Assembly: GCA_965249555.1 (NCBI GenBank)
Contig: OZ252243.1
Coordinates: 1,408,001 to 1,472,000, forward strand
Origin: Nitrosopumilus sp.
Lineage (GTDB): Archaea > Thermoproteota > Nitrososphaeria > Nitrososphaerales > Nitrosopumilaceae
Length of the DNA: 64,000 bases
Reading direction: 5' to 3'
Under the pieces are notes generated by a model. That model made no database searches. It was not told the DNA's origin and saw nothing but the letters and a program-made list of their open reading frames with translations. Position 1 is the stretch's first letter, and each line of letters begins with the position of its first letter. The position numbers and the translations under genes were made by a program. Of this stretch, positions 1 through 9,627 are shown piece by piece.

Positions 1-1521
1 TGACATAGGATCATCTTTGTAAAATAACATCTCAGTTTCAGGAAGGTCTTCAATTGCTAGTTGCTCTGCAGTTTTTTTCTTATCTGATTGGTGCAGATCA
101 GAGAGTTTTTCATAAAATGTCGAAGGAATCTCTGAAATTGCATCTATCTCTTTGAGATATTCAGGTGTGATTCCATCTGATTCGTATAATGTAATTAATT
201 CATCAACTGATGGAGTTCCTTTTTGACGAATCTTGTCTGCCTTTTTCTTCATATGGACTTTGGATTCTACATATCTCTGAGATTCTATTTTTAGGATGAT
301 CTTGATATCTTGTCTTTTTGCATCCAGTTCCGGGTATGTATCTTTGAGATATTCAATATGCATATCCACTAATTTATCAATGTCTATCTTGAGATTCATT
401 CTGTCAACTGTTCCATTAATTCTTCGTATCATCATTCGAAGATTATATCCTCCACCAACATTACTTGGTAGAGCACCGTCAGCTATTGCAAAGATCAAAG
501 TACGAAGATGATCTGCAATGAGATATATTCCTTCAAGTGGGGTGATGATTCTACTCACTTGTTCATCAGTTAGTCCTGAATTCTTTATAGCATGTTTTCT
601 TACATCAATTAAATCATCATGTATCTCTAGATTCTTTGCAATTGCTGTAAAGTATTTTCTTAACATTTCAGAATCTGAATCAATTCCTATTTTCTCAAAC
701 AAGTGGTTTGTAATTGGACCAAAACAGCAATCATATGCAGTAGGAGTACCCATAGTAATCCATGCAAATCTTTCCAGACCTGCACCCATGTCTATAATTT
801 TCTGGTCCAGTGTAGTATGCTTGCCTAGTTCTCCCTGAAATTCAGTAAATACTGCATTTCCAAGCTCCAATCCCCTTACAAAATATTCTAATGATGATCC
901 AAATGAACCACCTCCGTCCCATACGTCTTCAACAAAAACAACTTCTTCTTTTTTAATTCCAAATTGTTCAGTTAGTAATCTAAAGTCTAAATCAACACAT
1001 TGGTCTTTCCAATAACCATCTGCATTTGGAATACTATGTTGTCCTATCATACAAAAGCTTGAAAAGTGTCTTCCAGTTACTCCAACATTTTCCAAATCTT
1101 TGAAACGCAAACAAGTTTGTGGGACCACTAATGGATTTGCAGGAAATTCAAAAACTACTTTTGAACCCATCACTCTTTGAAAATCGACAATTGATGCAAT
1201 TGTAAAGTACAAGTCATCACGCCATCTACACACAACTGGATATCTACTAACTGAAGTGTGACCATTTTTTACAAAAAATTCTTCAACTTGTTTCCATGCT
1301 TGCGTATAATCAAATCTTTTAGTTGTTGGTGGTTCTCCAATGAATGAATACGCATCATCTGCATCATCAGGACAGACATTTCTCTCAGAATCTAAAGTCC
1401 AAAAGAATCTACCACATTTTGAGCAAGCCTTTCTGACAAAACCTTGTTCGTCAAATAATTTGACTTTATAGTATCTATCAGGATCTGATGAAAATTCCTT
1501 TAGAATCTCTTTTTTATCCAA
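1..1521 (-). CDS. alaS: Alanine--tRNA ligase, 5' part (runs off window start)
   Basis: Minus-strand frame from TTG at 1521 reads MDKKEILKEFSSDPDRYY...YPVVCRWRDDLYFTIASIVDFQ...NVGVTGRHFSSFCMIGQH, typical of archaeal AlaRS. Absent from ORF track because it is truncated. Confidence 0.95.
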   Translation of the reverse strand, partial: MDKKEILKEFSSDPDRYYKVKLFDEQGFVRKACSKCGRFFWTLDSERNVCPDDADDAYSFIGEPPTTKRFDYTQAWKQVEEFFVKNGHTSVSRYPVVCRWRDDLYFTIASIVDFQRVMGSKVVFEFPANPLVVPQTCLRFKDLENVGVTGRHFSSFCMIGQHSIPNADGYWKDQCVDLDFRLLTEQFGIKKEEVVFVEDVWDGGGSFGSSLEYFVRGLELGNAVFTEFQGELGKHTTLDQKIIDMGAGLERFAWITMGTPTAYDCCFGPITNHLFEKIGIDSDSEMLRKYFTAIAKNLEIHDDLIDVRKHAIKNSGLTDEQVSRIITPLEGIYLIADHLRTLIFAIADGALPSNVGGGYNLRMMIRRINGTVDRMNLKIDIDKLVDMHIEYLKDTYPELDAKRQDIKIILKIESQRYVESKVHMKKKADKIRQKGTPSVDELITLYESDGITPEYLKEIDAISEIPSTFYEKLSDLHQSDKKKTAEQLAIEDLPETEMLFYKDDPMS

Positions 1522-1599
1522 CGATGAGCATGCTCCAGTCCATTATTAAGAATTGTCGATTAATAATAAATTAAATACACTACATGATTCAGTTTATCC

Positions 1600-2109
1600 A
1601 TGTTTGGAAAAAAACTTACTCTAAAAGAAGGGGCTCATGTTTTTGCTACTAAAAAAAATGGTGATTTTTTTGACTTTATCTTTGGAGTAATAACAGGTAT
1701 TGATGGTAAAAAAGTGGGAGTCAATGGTGTAATAGTCAATCCTGTTGGCCTCAAAAATAAGGTAGAACAAGGAAAAACAGGAGAACGTTCACAAGAAATA
1801 CTTGAACATCCAACACCTGATAATGTTGTTCTAGCTTTAGTCTATAGAATTGAATATGAAAATTATGCTGATATAGTTAATCTTGATGAAGACAAATGCG
1901 ATATTATTCCTCCACAAGTGTATCAAATGTTAGATGGTTGGATTCGAGAATCTCTATCCGAATTTCTAAATAAAGTATTATCATTACCTCTTGGTTCAGA
2001 AAGAGATGAAGCAAAACGGGTTTTGAAACAGAGAATGGAGAGTTTAGTTGATAAAAACCTAAGAAGAACACTTTATTCTGTTTGTCGAAGTCTTAGAATC
2101 TTGAACTAA
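1600..2109 (+). CDS. Hypothetical protein
   Basis: 169-aa ORF with normal composition and an AT-rich TATA-like upstream element; no recognisable motif. Confidence 0.75.
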   Translation: MFGKKLTLKEGAHVFATKKNGDFFDFIFGVITGIDGKKVGVNGVIVNPVGLKNKVEQGKTGERSQEILEHPTPDNVVLALVYRIEYENYADIVNLDEDKCDIIPPQVYQMLDGWIRESLSEFLNKVLSLPLGSERDEAKRVLKQRMESLVDKNLRRTLYSVCRSLRILN

Positions 2110-2174
2110 ATTTTAAAATTTTAGGCATGATTTCTCCATAGTTTTATATTATGCTCTAGGAAAATCTCGATACA

Positions 2175-2489
2175 ATGGAATATGTTTACGCTGCTTTACT
2201 TCTTCACAAGCTAGAAAAAGAAGTCAATGAGACAAACATCAGCTCAGTTGTCAAAGCCTCTGGTGCTGAAGTTAATGAAGCTCAAGTTAAAGCACTAGTT
2301 GCAGCCTTGGTCGATGTAAATATCGACGAGGCAGTTAAAGCCGCACCTGTAGCAGCAGCCACACCAGCAACAGCCACACCAGCAGCAGATGCAGCAGCCG
2401 GTGGTGAAGCAAAGAAAGAGGAAAAACCTAAAGAAGACGGTAAAACCGAAGAAGCAGCCATGGAAGGATTATCTTCTCTATTTGGCTAG
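2175..2489 (+). CDS. rpl12: 50S ribosomal stalk protein P1/L12
   Basis: [11 protein letters not shown] start, Ala-rich hinge, acidic tail ending GLSSLFG. Confidence 0.97.
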   Translation: MEYVYAALLLHKLEKEVNETNISSVVKASGAEVNEAQVKALVAALVDVNIDEAVKAAPVAAATPATATPAADAAAGGEAKKEEKPKEDGKTEEAAMEGLSSLFG

Positions 2490-2562
2490 ATAATTTTCTC
2501 AATTTACTTTTGATCTTTATTTTTATTAATCTTAATTAGCAATAGTGCCATCTTTGTATTGA

Positions 2563-3201
2563 TTGGTAGATTTTTCTTTTCCAGTAGATGGATTCATTAG
2601 TATTTTTGATTATTTGGGTACGGCAGCTTTTGCAGTTACTGGAGCATCAAAAGCAATTGCACACAAGGCTGATATTTTTGGAATCCTTATTTTAGCAACA
2701 GTAGTTGGAGTTGCAGGTGGAATTACTCGAGATGTCATATTTGGTCGGTTTCCCACAGCTTTTTCTGATCCTGTCTATGTTGGTATAACTGTAATTACTG
2801 GAATTGCAACGTTTTTCCTCTATTCATATTTTAAAAAACGAATGAATATCTGGTTAATTTTTGATGCAGTAGGATTAGGAGTTTTTTCAATTATTGGGGC
2901 ATCCATTGCATATCAAATAGTTGGATTGGACTTTCTTCCAATTATGTCTGGAGGAGTAATTACAGCAATAGGTGGAGGAATTCTCAGAGATGTTTTTGTC
3001 AGAGAGATTCCAATAGCTTTTGTTAAAGAGGTCTATGCAATTGCAAGTATAATTGGTATTGTAATATTTTACATTATTCTTTTCTATGGAATAAATATGC
3101 AAATTGCATCAATAGTTGGAATTGTTGCAGCAACTGGAATCAGATTACTTGCAATGAAGTATAATTGGAATCTTCCTAGAGTAAAAGGTAGTATTGATTA
3201 G
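2563..3201 (+). CDS. Trimeric intracellular cation channel (TRIC/UPF0126) family membrane protein
   Basis: Two internal repeats, GVAGGITRDV and AIGGGILRDV; hydrophobic throughout. Confidence 0.9.
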   Translation: MVDFSFPVDGFISIFDYLGTAAFAVTGASKAIAHKADIFGILILATVVGVAGGITRDVIFGRFPTAFSDPVYVGITVITGIATFFLYSYFKKRMNIWLIFDAVGLGVFSIIGASIAYQIVGLDFLPIMSGGVITAIGGGILRDVFVREIPIAFVKEVYAIASIIGIVIFYIILFYGINMQIASIVGIVAATGIRLLAMKYNWNLPRVKGSID

Positions 3202-4064
3202 GCTGGTTTGTAATCTTTTGCTTGTCCAGCAACTGCTTTTGCTTGAGCATCTGCCTTTTGCAATATTTGCTCCTTTGTTTCATCAGTCATATAACCTGAT
3301 TCAACAGATACGGAGCGTGCAGATTGTGATGCAGTACTGAGTATTTGTGAAATATTTTCTGGGGTAACATATGCTGCTTCAATAGATAGTGATATTGCTT
3401 CTTGGTGTGCTTGTGCAAATTCTCCTCTAATTTTTTCAACATCAATTACCATCTCCTCTTCAGCATACTTGAGTCCGTCTTCTAGTGCTGAATAAAGTGA
3501 AATTCCAGCCTCTACTGGCTTGATATCTAATTTTCCAAGAATTGCTGCTAATTTTTCATTGATTGCTTCGCCTTTCAAAACAGGAGTACTATCCTTTGCA
3601 ATCCAAATTGTTCCTTGATCAATTTTAGTTGGAATACCTGCTTCTTTGAATTCTGTAAGCATTGGTCCTGGTGCAATTCCTGTATTTTTTGCAGGTACTA
3701 CAATGTCTATACTTGCAATATCGCCTCCTCTTGCAATCATCATGATTTTGTTTTTGGCTAGAAGAACATTTAGCTTGAATGGTGACATGTTAGTAAACAT
3801 GAACATGCATTGTCCTGTAAGTTCTCCAATCATGTCTTTGATTCCAGGCACATCTAGTTTCTCAAGTGCTTTTTTTGCAACTTTGTCTTTGATACTTACA
3901 AATTCTACGTCATCTTTGAGAATTTTTCTTAATGGTAATATTTGTGTGGAACGTACTTTGTTCATTTTGATTATAGCTAGAACTTTGTATTTTTTTGGCA
4001 ACTCTTGTAATTGTTGATACATTTGGGTTTTTCTTTTAGGATAAGTTGTTCTATTTTCATGCAT
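3198..4064 (-). CDS. rpl10: 50S ribosomal protein L10 (P0)
   Basis: ARGGDIA...NTGIAPGP...GIPTKIDQGTIWI motifs; adjacent to rpl1. Confidence 0.96.
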   Translation of the reverse strand: MHENRTTYPKRKTQMYQQLQELPKKYKVLAIIKMNKVRSTQILPLRKILKDDVEFVSIKDKVAKKALEKLDVPGIKDMIGELTGQCMFMFTNMSPFKLNVLLAKNKIMMIARGGDIASIDIVVPAKNTGIAPGPMLTEFKEAGIPTKIDQGTIWIAKDSTPVLKGEAINEKLAAILGKLDIKPVEAGISLYSALEDGLKYAEEEMVIDVEKIRGEFAQAHQEAISLSIEAAYVTPENISQILSTASQSARSVSVESGYMTDETKEQILQKADAQAKAVAGQAKDYKPA

Positions 4065-4719
4065 GTTTCTTCTTAACCTCTTGTACTTGTTTTACTGGTT
4101 TGCCCATTGTAGTCTTTATTATAATTTTCTTGATGTTCTTCTCACCGTTTGGTAATTTCTTTTCAATTGCACTAATTACCGCATGTGCATTAATTGCCAA
4201 GTCTGTATCCTCCATAGATTCATCTCCAATTTTACATGATATGGATAAGGATGCTCTTGTTCTAACCTTGATTGATGATCTAAATCTTTGTAAAAATGAT
4301 TCAATTGGAGCATCAAATGGAACTGGTGTTGGCATTTTTCCTCTAGGGCCTAAGAATTGACCCAAAGTTTTACCCACAAGTGGCATGACTTTAGTATCTG
4401 CTAAAAAGAAATCATATTTGTTAATAAATTTTCGAGATTCTCTTTTGTTAGTTGCAAATTTATCTAATTCATCTGTTCCAATAACTGCATCAGCATTTGC
4501 TTGTTTTGCTTTCTGACTCATATCACCTGTAGCCATAACACAAACAGTTGCTGGAGAACTTGTCTTTGGAAGTTGAACTATTTCATTTAGGGCAAATCCT
4601 TTCTTGACATCAATATCTTTGAAATTAATAATTAATTCTACAGCTTGAGTAAATTTTCTCTGTTTAGTTTCATCTTTGACTTTTTTAATCACTTCAGTAA
4701 GTTGTGTCTCTGTAATCAT
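4057..4719 (-). CDS. rpl1: 50S ribosomal protein L1
   Basis: RKFTQAVELIINFKD, LGPRGKMPTP and KTTMG motifs. Start placed at MITETQL; ORF track starts at 4728. Confidence 0.96.
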   Translation of the reverse strand: MITETQLTEVIKKVKDETKQRKFTQAVELIINFKDIDVKKGFALNEIVQLPKTSSPATVCVMATGDMSQKAKQANADAVIGTDELDKFATNKRESRKFINKYDFFLADTKVMPLVGKTLGQFLGPRGKMPTPVPFDAPIESFLQRFRSSIKVRTRASLSISCKIGDESMEDTDLAINAHAVISAIEKKLPNGEKNIKKIIIKTTMGKPVKQVQEVKKKHA

Positions 4720-4960
4720 TACGAACATTTTCGAGAAAGCCTACTTAAAATCGTTGGCTGCATACACCAAGCCCATTTTGTATATAAAATCCCCAAAAAT
4801 TTGACCGATTTTGCTTATGCCATATTTAAATGAACTTAGATCAGGTCTCATGTGATTAGCTAGTGTCCACTTCAAAATAACAATGGATTATCTGATTAAT
4901 GTTTGTCAACTTTTGTAAATACCCTACAATTTTTAAGTAAGATCTTGCTATAATACAATA

Positions 4961-5023
4961 AGCGTTGTGACCTATGGTCACAAAGGGAAGGCAATGCGGA
5001 GTTTCTCCCCTAACCTTTCTGTT
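4961..5023 (+). ncRNA. Candidate structured ncRNA convergent with the DUF3800 gene
   Basis: GC-richer patch: perfect 8-bp hairpin TTGTGACC-tat-GGTCACAA (4965-4983), then GGGAAGG/CCTTTCT stem (G-U pairs work only on + strand) enclosing GGAG-ttt-CTCC. Preceded by TTTTAAG (4931) and TGCTATAAT (4946-4954). Confidence 0.5.
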
Positions 5024-5024
5024 A

Positions 5025-5777
5025 TTATGGAAATATTTTTAATCCGTATCCTAAATAATTCCCGTTTTTACTGTGAAATCTATTTTTTAACTTGGAAAAA
5101 TATTCATCCCATTTTTGAGTTTGTCTTGTAGGGTTATTATTAGTACGATAATGTTTTCTAATGCAATAAGCAACACAATCTACTACTTGTGACAAATTTC
5201 TCCATTTTGAATCTGTAAACAATGGTTCTTCTATTAGAAAACCTAAATCCGAGTAATGAGTTCCATCACTGAGCATTTCAGATAATTTATTACGTAATTT
5301 TTGATCTTTCACAGAACCCTCAGTGTCTACAATCATAATTCCATATTCGTGAGGGTTATCTACTTGTGCTAAGAATTCATTTTGTTCATCTAGATAAGAA
5401 TTAAGTCTTTCAAATAAGAAACGATGGCCCCAAAGCTCAACATCAATTTTTTTACGTAACTTATCCTTTTTTATCAATGCTGCGATAATTGTGAGACGAG
5501 TTGTGTCATTTGTAATGAATTCAAAAAAATCATCTAGAATTTCAAAAATTTTATCCCACGATAATGTCTTGTAAATTCCAGTATGGCTCATCATCTCCTT
5601 AGCATGAAGTTCAACTTTATCTGGATTCCTGTCTAGAAAATGTTTTCTTTTAATGCGTTCTACTTCTTTTTTTAGATAATGCCATTGACGTTCATTTACG
5701 GTTACTGATGCTAAAACATAGTTTTCTCTGTCCGTATATTCAGGTCGCCCAGATGAGTCAAGATATGATAAATACAC
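5025..5777 (-). CDS. DUF3800 domain protein (predicted RNase H-like fold)
   Basis: N-terminal YLDSSG (family DESG), ELHAKE, central IVD and C-terminal SQVVDCVAY (family QxAD), ending YGLKIFP. Confidence 0.85.
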   Translation of the reverse strand: MYLSYLDSSGRPEYTDRENYVLASVTVNERQWHYLKKEVERIKRKHFLDRNPDKVELHAKEMMSHTGIYKTLSWDKIFEILDDFFEFITNDTTRLTIIAALIKKDKLRKKIDVELWGHRFLFERLNSYLDEQNEFLAQVDNPHEYGIMIVDTEGSVKDQKLRNKLSEMLSDGTHYSDLGFLIEEPLFTDSKWRNLSQVVDCVAYCIRKHYRTNNNPTRQTQKWDEYFSKLKNRFHSKNGNYLGYGLKIFP

Positions 5778-6015
5778 AGATTTTTCTAATGTGCTTCGAA
5801 GTTAAAAAATTGATCTCTTGTAATTCATTTTCTCTATCTTTATTCTACGCATTCAAGTAGACTTACTGTGGTATCTAAAATCGTTTAGAGGTTACGATTT
5901 TTGATTATTAATTATTTTAAAAAATTACACTTTTTCAATAAAATAGATGTAATTCGAAGGGAAATTTGTCTGAAAACCTACATATATTAAATCACAAGCA
6001 TAATTTTCTAACACA

Positions 6016-6471
6016 TTGCACAGATTTGATGAACTTGATATGAAATTGCTTTATGAATTAACCAAAGATGGATCTATCTCTGTTCCTATTTTGTCTAAAA
6101 AACTTGGGATCAATGCTTCTGTGCTTTATAGTAGAATCAAGAGATTACTAAAGAAAAAATTGATTAAAAAATTTACCGTAGAAATTGATGATTCTCTCTT
6201 AGGTATTGGTGTAAAGGCTACTGTTGGAATCAATCGAGATCCAAAGTTTAAGGATGCAATTCATAAAAAATTCATGGAAACATCCGAAGTTGTGTCTATC
6301 TCAGAAATTACTGGTAGATTTGATATAATGATTCACGTTTATGCAAAGAACCTTGAATCTCTTCATTCTGTGGTAATTGAAAAAATTGGAAAGATAGAGG
6401 GTATTCAAAATACTGAAACCTTTGTGGAATTACAAAAAACCGATAAAGATCCTATTTATCTAATTCAATAA
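6016..6471 (+). CDS. Lrp/AsnC family transcriptional regulator
   Basis: FDELDMKLLYELTKDG HTH; EITGRFDIMI RAM domain. Confidence 0.93.
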   Translation: MHRFDELDMKLLYELTKDGSISVPILSKKLGINASVLYSRIKRLLKKKLIKKFTVEIDDSLLGIGVKATVGINRDPKFKDAIHKKFMETSEVVSISEITGRFDIMIHVYAKNLESLHSVVIEKIGKIEGIQNTETFVELQKTDKDPIYLIQ

Positions 6472-6951
6472 TTATTGGAATTTTTCATCCCATTTACCCT
6501 CGTTGATTTCGACGGTAATTTCTTTTGGAGTCTTTCCTTCTACTTTTACACCTAATGCTACACATGTACCAATGATGGTTTTTGCAACAGATTTTAACGA
6601 AGAAGCATAAGATTTCTCAAGTTTTGTATTTGCTACTTTTACAATTGAATCCATTGTGACATCTCCTGCCCATTCAGTACCTGATGCGCCTGACCCTTTT
6701 TGGATTCCAGCTTCTTTCATAATGAGTGCTGCAGCTGAAGGAATGCCGATTTCAATTTCATATTTTTTTGTATCAGTATCAACAATAACAGTTACTGGAA
6801 CTTTCATCCCCTCAAAGTCTTTTGTTTTATCATTAATTGCTTTGATAACTTCCATAATGTTAACACCTAGAGGGCCTAATGCTGGACCTAATGGTGGACC
6901 AGCAGATGCTCCTCCTCCAGTTACAAGTGCTGATACTTTTTGATCTCCCAT
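6472..6951 (-). CDS. rpl11: 50S ribosomal protein L11
   Basis: GGASAGPPLGPALGPLGVN motif. Confidence 0.97.
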   Translation of the reverse strand: MGDQKVSALVTGGGASAGPPLGPALGPLGVNIMEVIKAINDKTKDFEGMKVPVTVIVDTDTKKYEIEIGIPSAAALIMKEAGIQKGSGASGTEWAGDVTMDSIVKVANTKLEKSYASSLKSVAKTIIGTCVALGVKVEGKTPKEITVEINEGKWDEKFQ

Positions 6952-6986
6952 GTTTTATCTTCTCAATATGAAAAATTTAATCCTTA

Positions 6987-7499
6987 CTAAGCCCCACTTG
7001 CTAGTTTCAGATAGTTTGCGTCTACTGTTACAGGTAATTGATATGATGCATCCAACAAAACTACCGTTGCTTCCTCTTTTTCAACGTCAATTCTGGTAAT
7101 TGTTGCTTTCATTCCTTTGAATGGGCCTCCTGTGATTTCTATTACGTTATCTACTGCTAATTGTGAAACTGTTGATTTCTTGATAAGATATCCCTCAATA
7201 TCTTTGAATTCTAATTCTCCTCTTAATTGACCACGAATGTGTCTTATTCCTTCAACTGCCATGTATGCATCACTTGGATTTATTGCTTCAACTACGACAT
7301 AGCCTTTTAGATTATCTACAAGCAAAACTGATTGAATGTTAATTTTATTTGCATTTGCTTTGGCTTCTAATAATCTCATAACCACTTTTTCTTGTCCACC
7401 AGTGGTTCTAATTGCAAACAAATGTGATTTTATTTCCTCAGTTGATTGAACTTCCTCAGTTGATTGAACTTCCTCAGTTGATTTTATTTCCTCTGACAT
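6987..7499 (-). CDS. spt5: Transcription elongation factor Spt5 (NusG)
   Basis: FAIRTTGGQE NGN domain and KOW motif EITGGPFKGMKA. Confidence 0.95.
   Translation of the reverse strand: MSEEIKSTEEVQSTEEVQSTEEIKSHLFAIRTTGGQEKVVMRLLEAKANANKINIQSVLLVDNLKGYVVVEAINPSDAYMAVEGIRHIRGQLRGELEFKDIEGYLIKKSTVSQLAVDNVIEITGGPFKGMKATITRIDVEKEEATVVLLDASYQLPVTVDANYLKLASGA
7426..7493. repeat. 18-bp tandem repeat (about 3.5 copies) encoding STEEVQ/STEEIK at the Spt5 N-terminus
   Basis: ttcctcagttgatt recurs at 7434, 7452 and 7470. Confidence 0.9.
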
Positions 7500-7501
7500 T
7501 T

Positions 7502-7675
7502 TTATCTACCAAATGTAATTACCGAAAAGACAAACTGAATAATAAATCCAATCATACCAACTCCTGCTATTCCAAATAATACCAATCTAAGATGTTGTTG
7601 ATACTCATCTCTATCTGGTTTTTTGGCCATTTTCATAGTATTAGCCATGTTTCTCAAAGTCTGCCTTGGGTTCAT
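7502..7675 (-). CDS. secE: Protein translocase subunit SecE/Sec61-gamma (57 aa, not in ORF track)
   Basis: Manual translation MNPRQTLRNMANTMKMAKKPDRDEYQQHLRLVLFGIAGVGMIGFIIQFVFSVITFGR: KKPDxxEY motif plus one TM helix, directly upstream of spt5. Confidence 0.93.
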   Translation of the reverse strand: MNPRQTLRNMANTMKMAKKPDRDEYQQHLRLVLFGIAGVGMIGFIIQFVFSVITFGR

Positions 7676-7714
7676 TGCTGGAAATTAATAAGGTGTCCTT
7701 ATATCTCTTATCTC

Positions 7715-8491
7715 ATGGAGCTACTAGTTTCGTATCAAGATGACCCTGCAGGTCACAATATGGCAAAATTTCTTTCAAAAGAAATGACACAAGAAGGTGA
7801 TATTTTCCGTGGAAAATATTATGACTTGATAATAATTCCTACCCCTGCAATTTCTGCGGATTGGTTAGAAGAAAAATATGATTATGATGGATTTGTGTTT
7901 CTCTCAAAACATGCTGCCGAATCAGGAGTGTTAGCCTTGACTTGTCATTGTACAGGTAATTTTTCTGAAGCAAAATTTGGTGGAAATGAAAGACAAGTCG
8001 CAATCCCTCACCCACATCTTCAAAAAGCATATCTTCAAACTTTGAAGAAAAACCAGTCTCAATTTTCAGAATTCCAAATCACTATTGAGGCAACACACCA
8101 TGGGCCTACTGCATTGACTAAACCATCTATTTTCATAGAAATAGGTACATCTGAAAAACAGTGGAATGATGTATCTTTATGTAATTCAGTAGCAACTTTG
8201 ATTCATCAAGTGATTACTCAACCAATCAAAGAAAATCCTGTAGCAATTTGTTTTGGAGGAACTCATTATCCTTCAAAATTTACTACTGAATTACTTGAAG
8301 GAAAACATGCACTTGGAACAGTAATTCCAAAACATGCATTAGACAATCTTGATGAAAAATTGTTCTCTCATATTCTTGCACAAAATAGCATGGCACAGGC
8401 TGCCCTTTTGGATTGGGGTGGACTTGGCTCCAATAAACAGAAAGTACTTGGTTTCCTTGAATCAACAGAACTTGAGGTAATCAAACTTTGA
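7715..8491 (+). CDS. dtdA: D-aminoacyl-tRNA deacylase (DTD2/GEK1 type)
   Basis: FLSKH, EATHHGPT, FIEIGT and FGGTHY motifs. Start moved to MELLVSY because the longer ORF overlaps secE. Confidence 0.92.
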   Translation: MELLVSYQDDPAGHNMAKFLSKEMTQEGDIFRGKYYDLIIIPTPAISADWLEEKYDYDGFVFLSKHAAESGVLALTCHCTGNFSEAKFGGNERQVAIPHPHLQKAYLQTLKKNQSQFSEFQITIEATHHGPTALTKPSIFIEIGTSEKQWNDVSLCNSVATLIHQVITQPIKENPVAICFGGTHYPSKFTTELLEGKHALGTVIPKHALDNLDEKLFSHILAQNSMAQAALLDWGGLGSNKQKVLGFLESTELEVIKL

Positions 8492-8787
8492 ATCTTGAAC
8501 AAAAGATTTACAAAAAATTACTAGAGGTCCCAAAAGGTCAAATCACAACTTATGGCGAATTAGCAAAAGCAGTTGGTTTGAAAAATGGACAGAGGGTTAT
8601 TGGAAAAATAATGAACAAAAATCCATATCCTGTGATCGTTCCATGTCATAGGGTTGTAATGTCTACCGGAAAAATTGGTGGATATGCATATGGAAAACAT
8701 ATCAAAACAAAATTGCTAAGTGATGAAGGCATTAAAATTGAAAATGGTAAAATTAAGGATTTTGAAAAAAATGTCTTTAGATTCTAA
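8488..8787 (+). CDS. ogt: Methylated-DNA--protein-cysteine methyltransferase (MGMT, single domain)
   Basis: VPKGQITTYGELA and active-site PCHRV. Confidence 0.92.
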   Translation: MNLEQKIYKKLLEVPKGQITTYGELAKAVGLKNGQRVIGKIMNKNPYPVIVPCHRVVMSTGKIGGYAYGKHIKTKLLSDEGIKIENGKIKDFEKNVFRF

Positions 8788-9239
8788 TCTTCTCTCTTCT
8801 CTCTGATTTCATCCATCAAAGTTCTAAGGTGTGCTTTATTTCTAACAGTATTTCCACCAACTTTTTTGTAGAGTATCCAAAATTCTGGATTGGTCAAATC
8901 TTTTCTGTCTTTTGCAATCTTTAACAATCGTCTTAATGCACGAACTTTAGCAACGTATACTTCTTTCTTACCTACTCGTGCACCCTTTCTACCTTTTTTG
9001 GCACCTTGAGTAGTGCCTCTTTTGTTTTTCTGGGCTTTCTTTGTATGTGCTCTACCTTTGGATGTACCTGTAAATGATTTGATCCTGATTGTATTTGCTG
9101 TAATGAGACTTCGAATATTTTCTCTTGTAATTGCATCTGCAACATCATCTAGATGATCAGTGTCAAATCTTATTCTATGAACTCCAACACCTGTAACTCT
9201 AGATGCCAGTCTTTTCTTAGCTTTAAGATTTACTACCAC
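8784..9239 (-). CDS. rpl19e: 50S ribosomal protein L19e
   Basis: KKRLASRV...AITRENIRSLI...GRKGAR. Confidence 0.96.
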   Translation of the reverse strand: MVVNLKAKKRLASRVTGVGVHRIRFDTDHLDDVADAITRENIRSLITANTIRIKSFTGTSKGRAHTKKAQKNKRGTTQGAKKGRKGARVGKKEVYVAKVRALRRLLKIAKDRKDLTNPEFWILYKKVGGNTVRNKAHLRTLMDEIREKRED

Positions 9240-9627
9240 TTACATTCACTCTCGCATTAAAAATTTTGAATTTACCTTCAATTGCTTTAGCCACAATTTC
9301 TTTTCTCTTTTTTGTACCAACACTATGTCCAAATCTAACACCATCTTTTTTTGGGTCTAATTTTTCTAAATCATTTAAGTTGTGAACTAAATTATCTGTA
9401 AATCCTGAAGGATGTAGTCCTCTTGCTTCTTTAGGTCCTCTATATCCAACTTTAACAAGACCTGGACGACCTCTACTTTTTTGTTTTCTTTGATGGTGAT
9501 CAATACCTTTTGGCTTTCTCCAGTTAGTTTGTAGTCTAACATAACGCCAACTTTCTGGTCTTACAAAATCTGGATTGTGTCCTTTTATTTCCTGTCTCTT
9601 TGCAAGCTTTTCTTTGTTGATCGACAT
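9223..9627 (-). CDS. rpl32e: 50S ribosomal protein L32e
   Basis: NWRKPKGID, VGYRGP and RGLHPSG. Start at MSINKEK; upstream extension in track is spurious. Confidence 0.95.
   Translation of the reverse strand: MSINKEKLAKRQEIKGHNPDFVRPESWRYVRLQTNWRKPKGIDHHQRKQKSRGRPGLVKVGYRGPKEARGLHPSGFTDNLVHNLNDLEKLDPKKDGVRFGHSVGTKKRKEIVAKAIEGKFKIFNARVNVSGSKS

Noticed and set aside
296-838. Plus-strand ORFs 296-511 and 518-838
   Set aside because: Antisense shadows of alaS. The same applies to the many short antisense ORFs over ribosomal, pckA, protease, exosome and GT2 genes.
7592-7714. 41-aa N-terminal extension of DtdA
   Set aside because: Overlaps secE on the opposite strand; the real start is ATG 7715.
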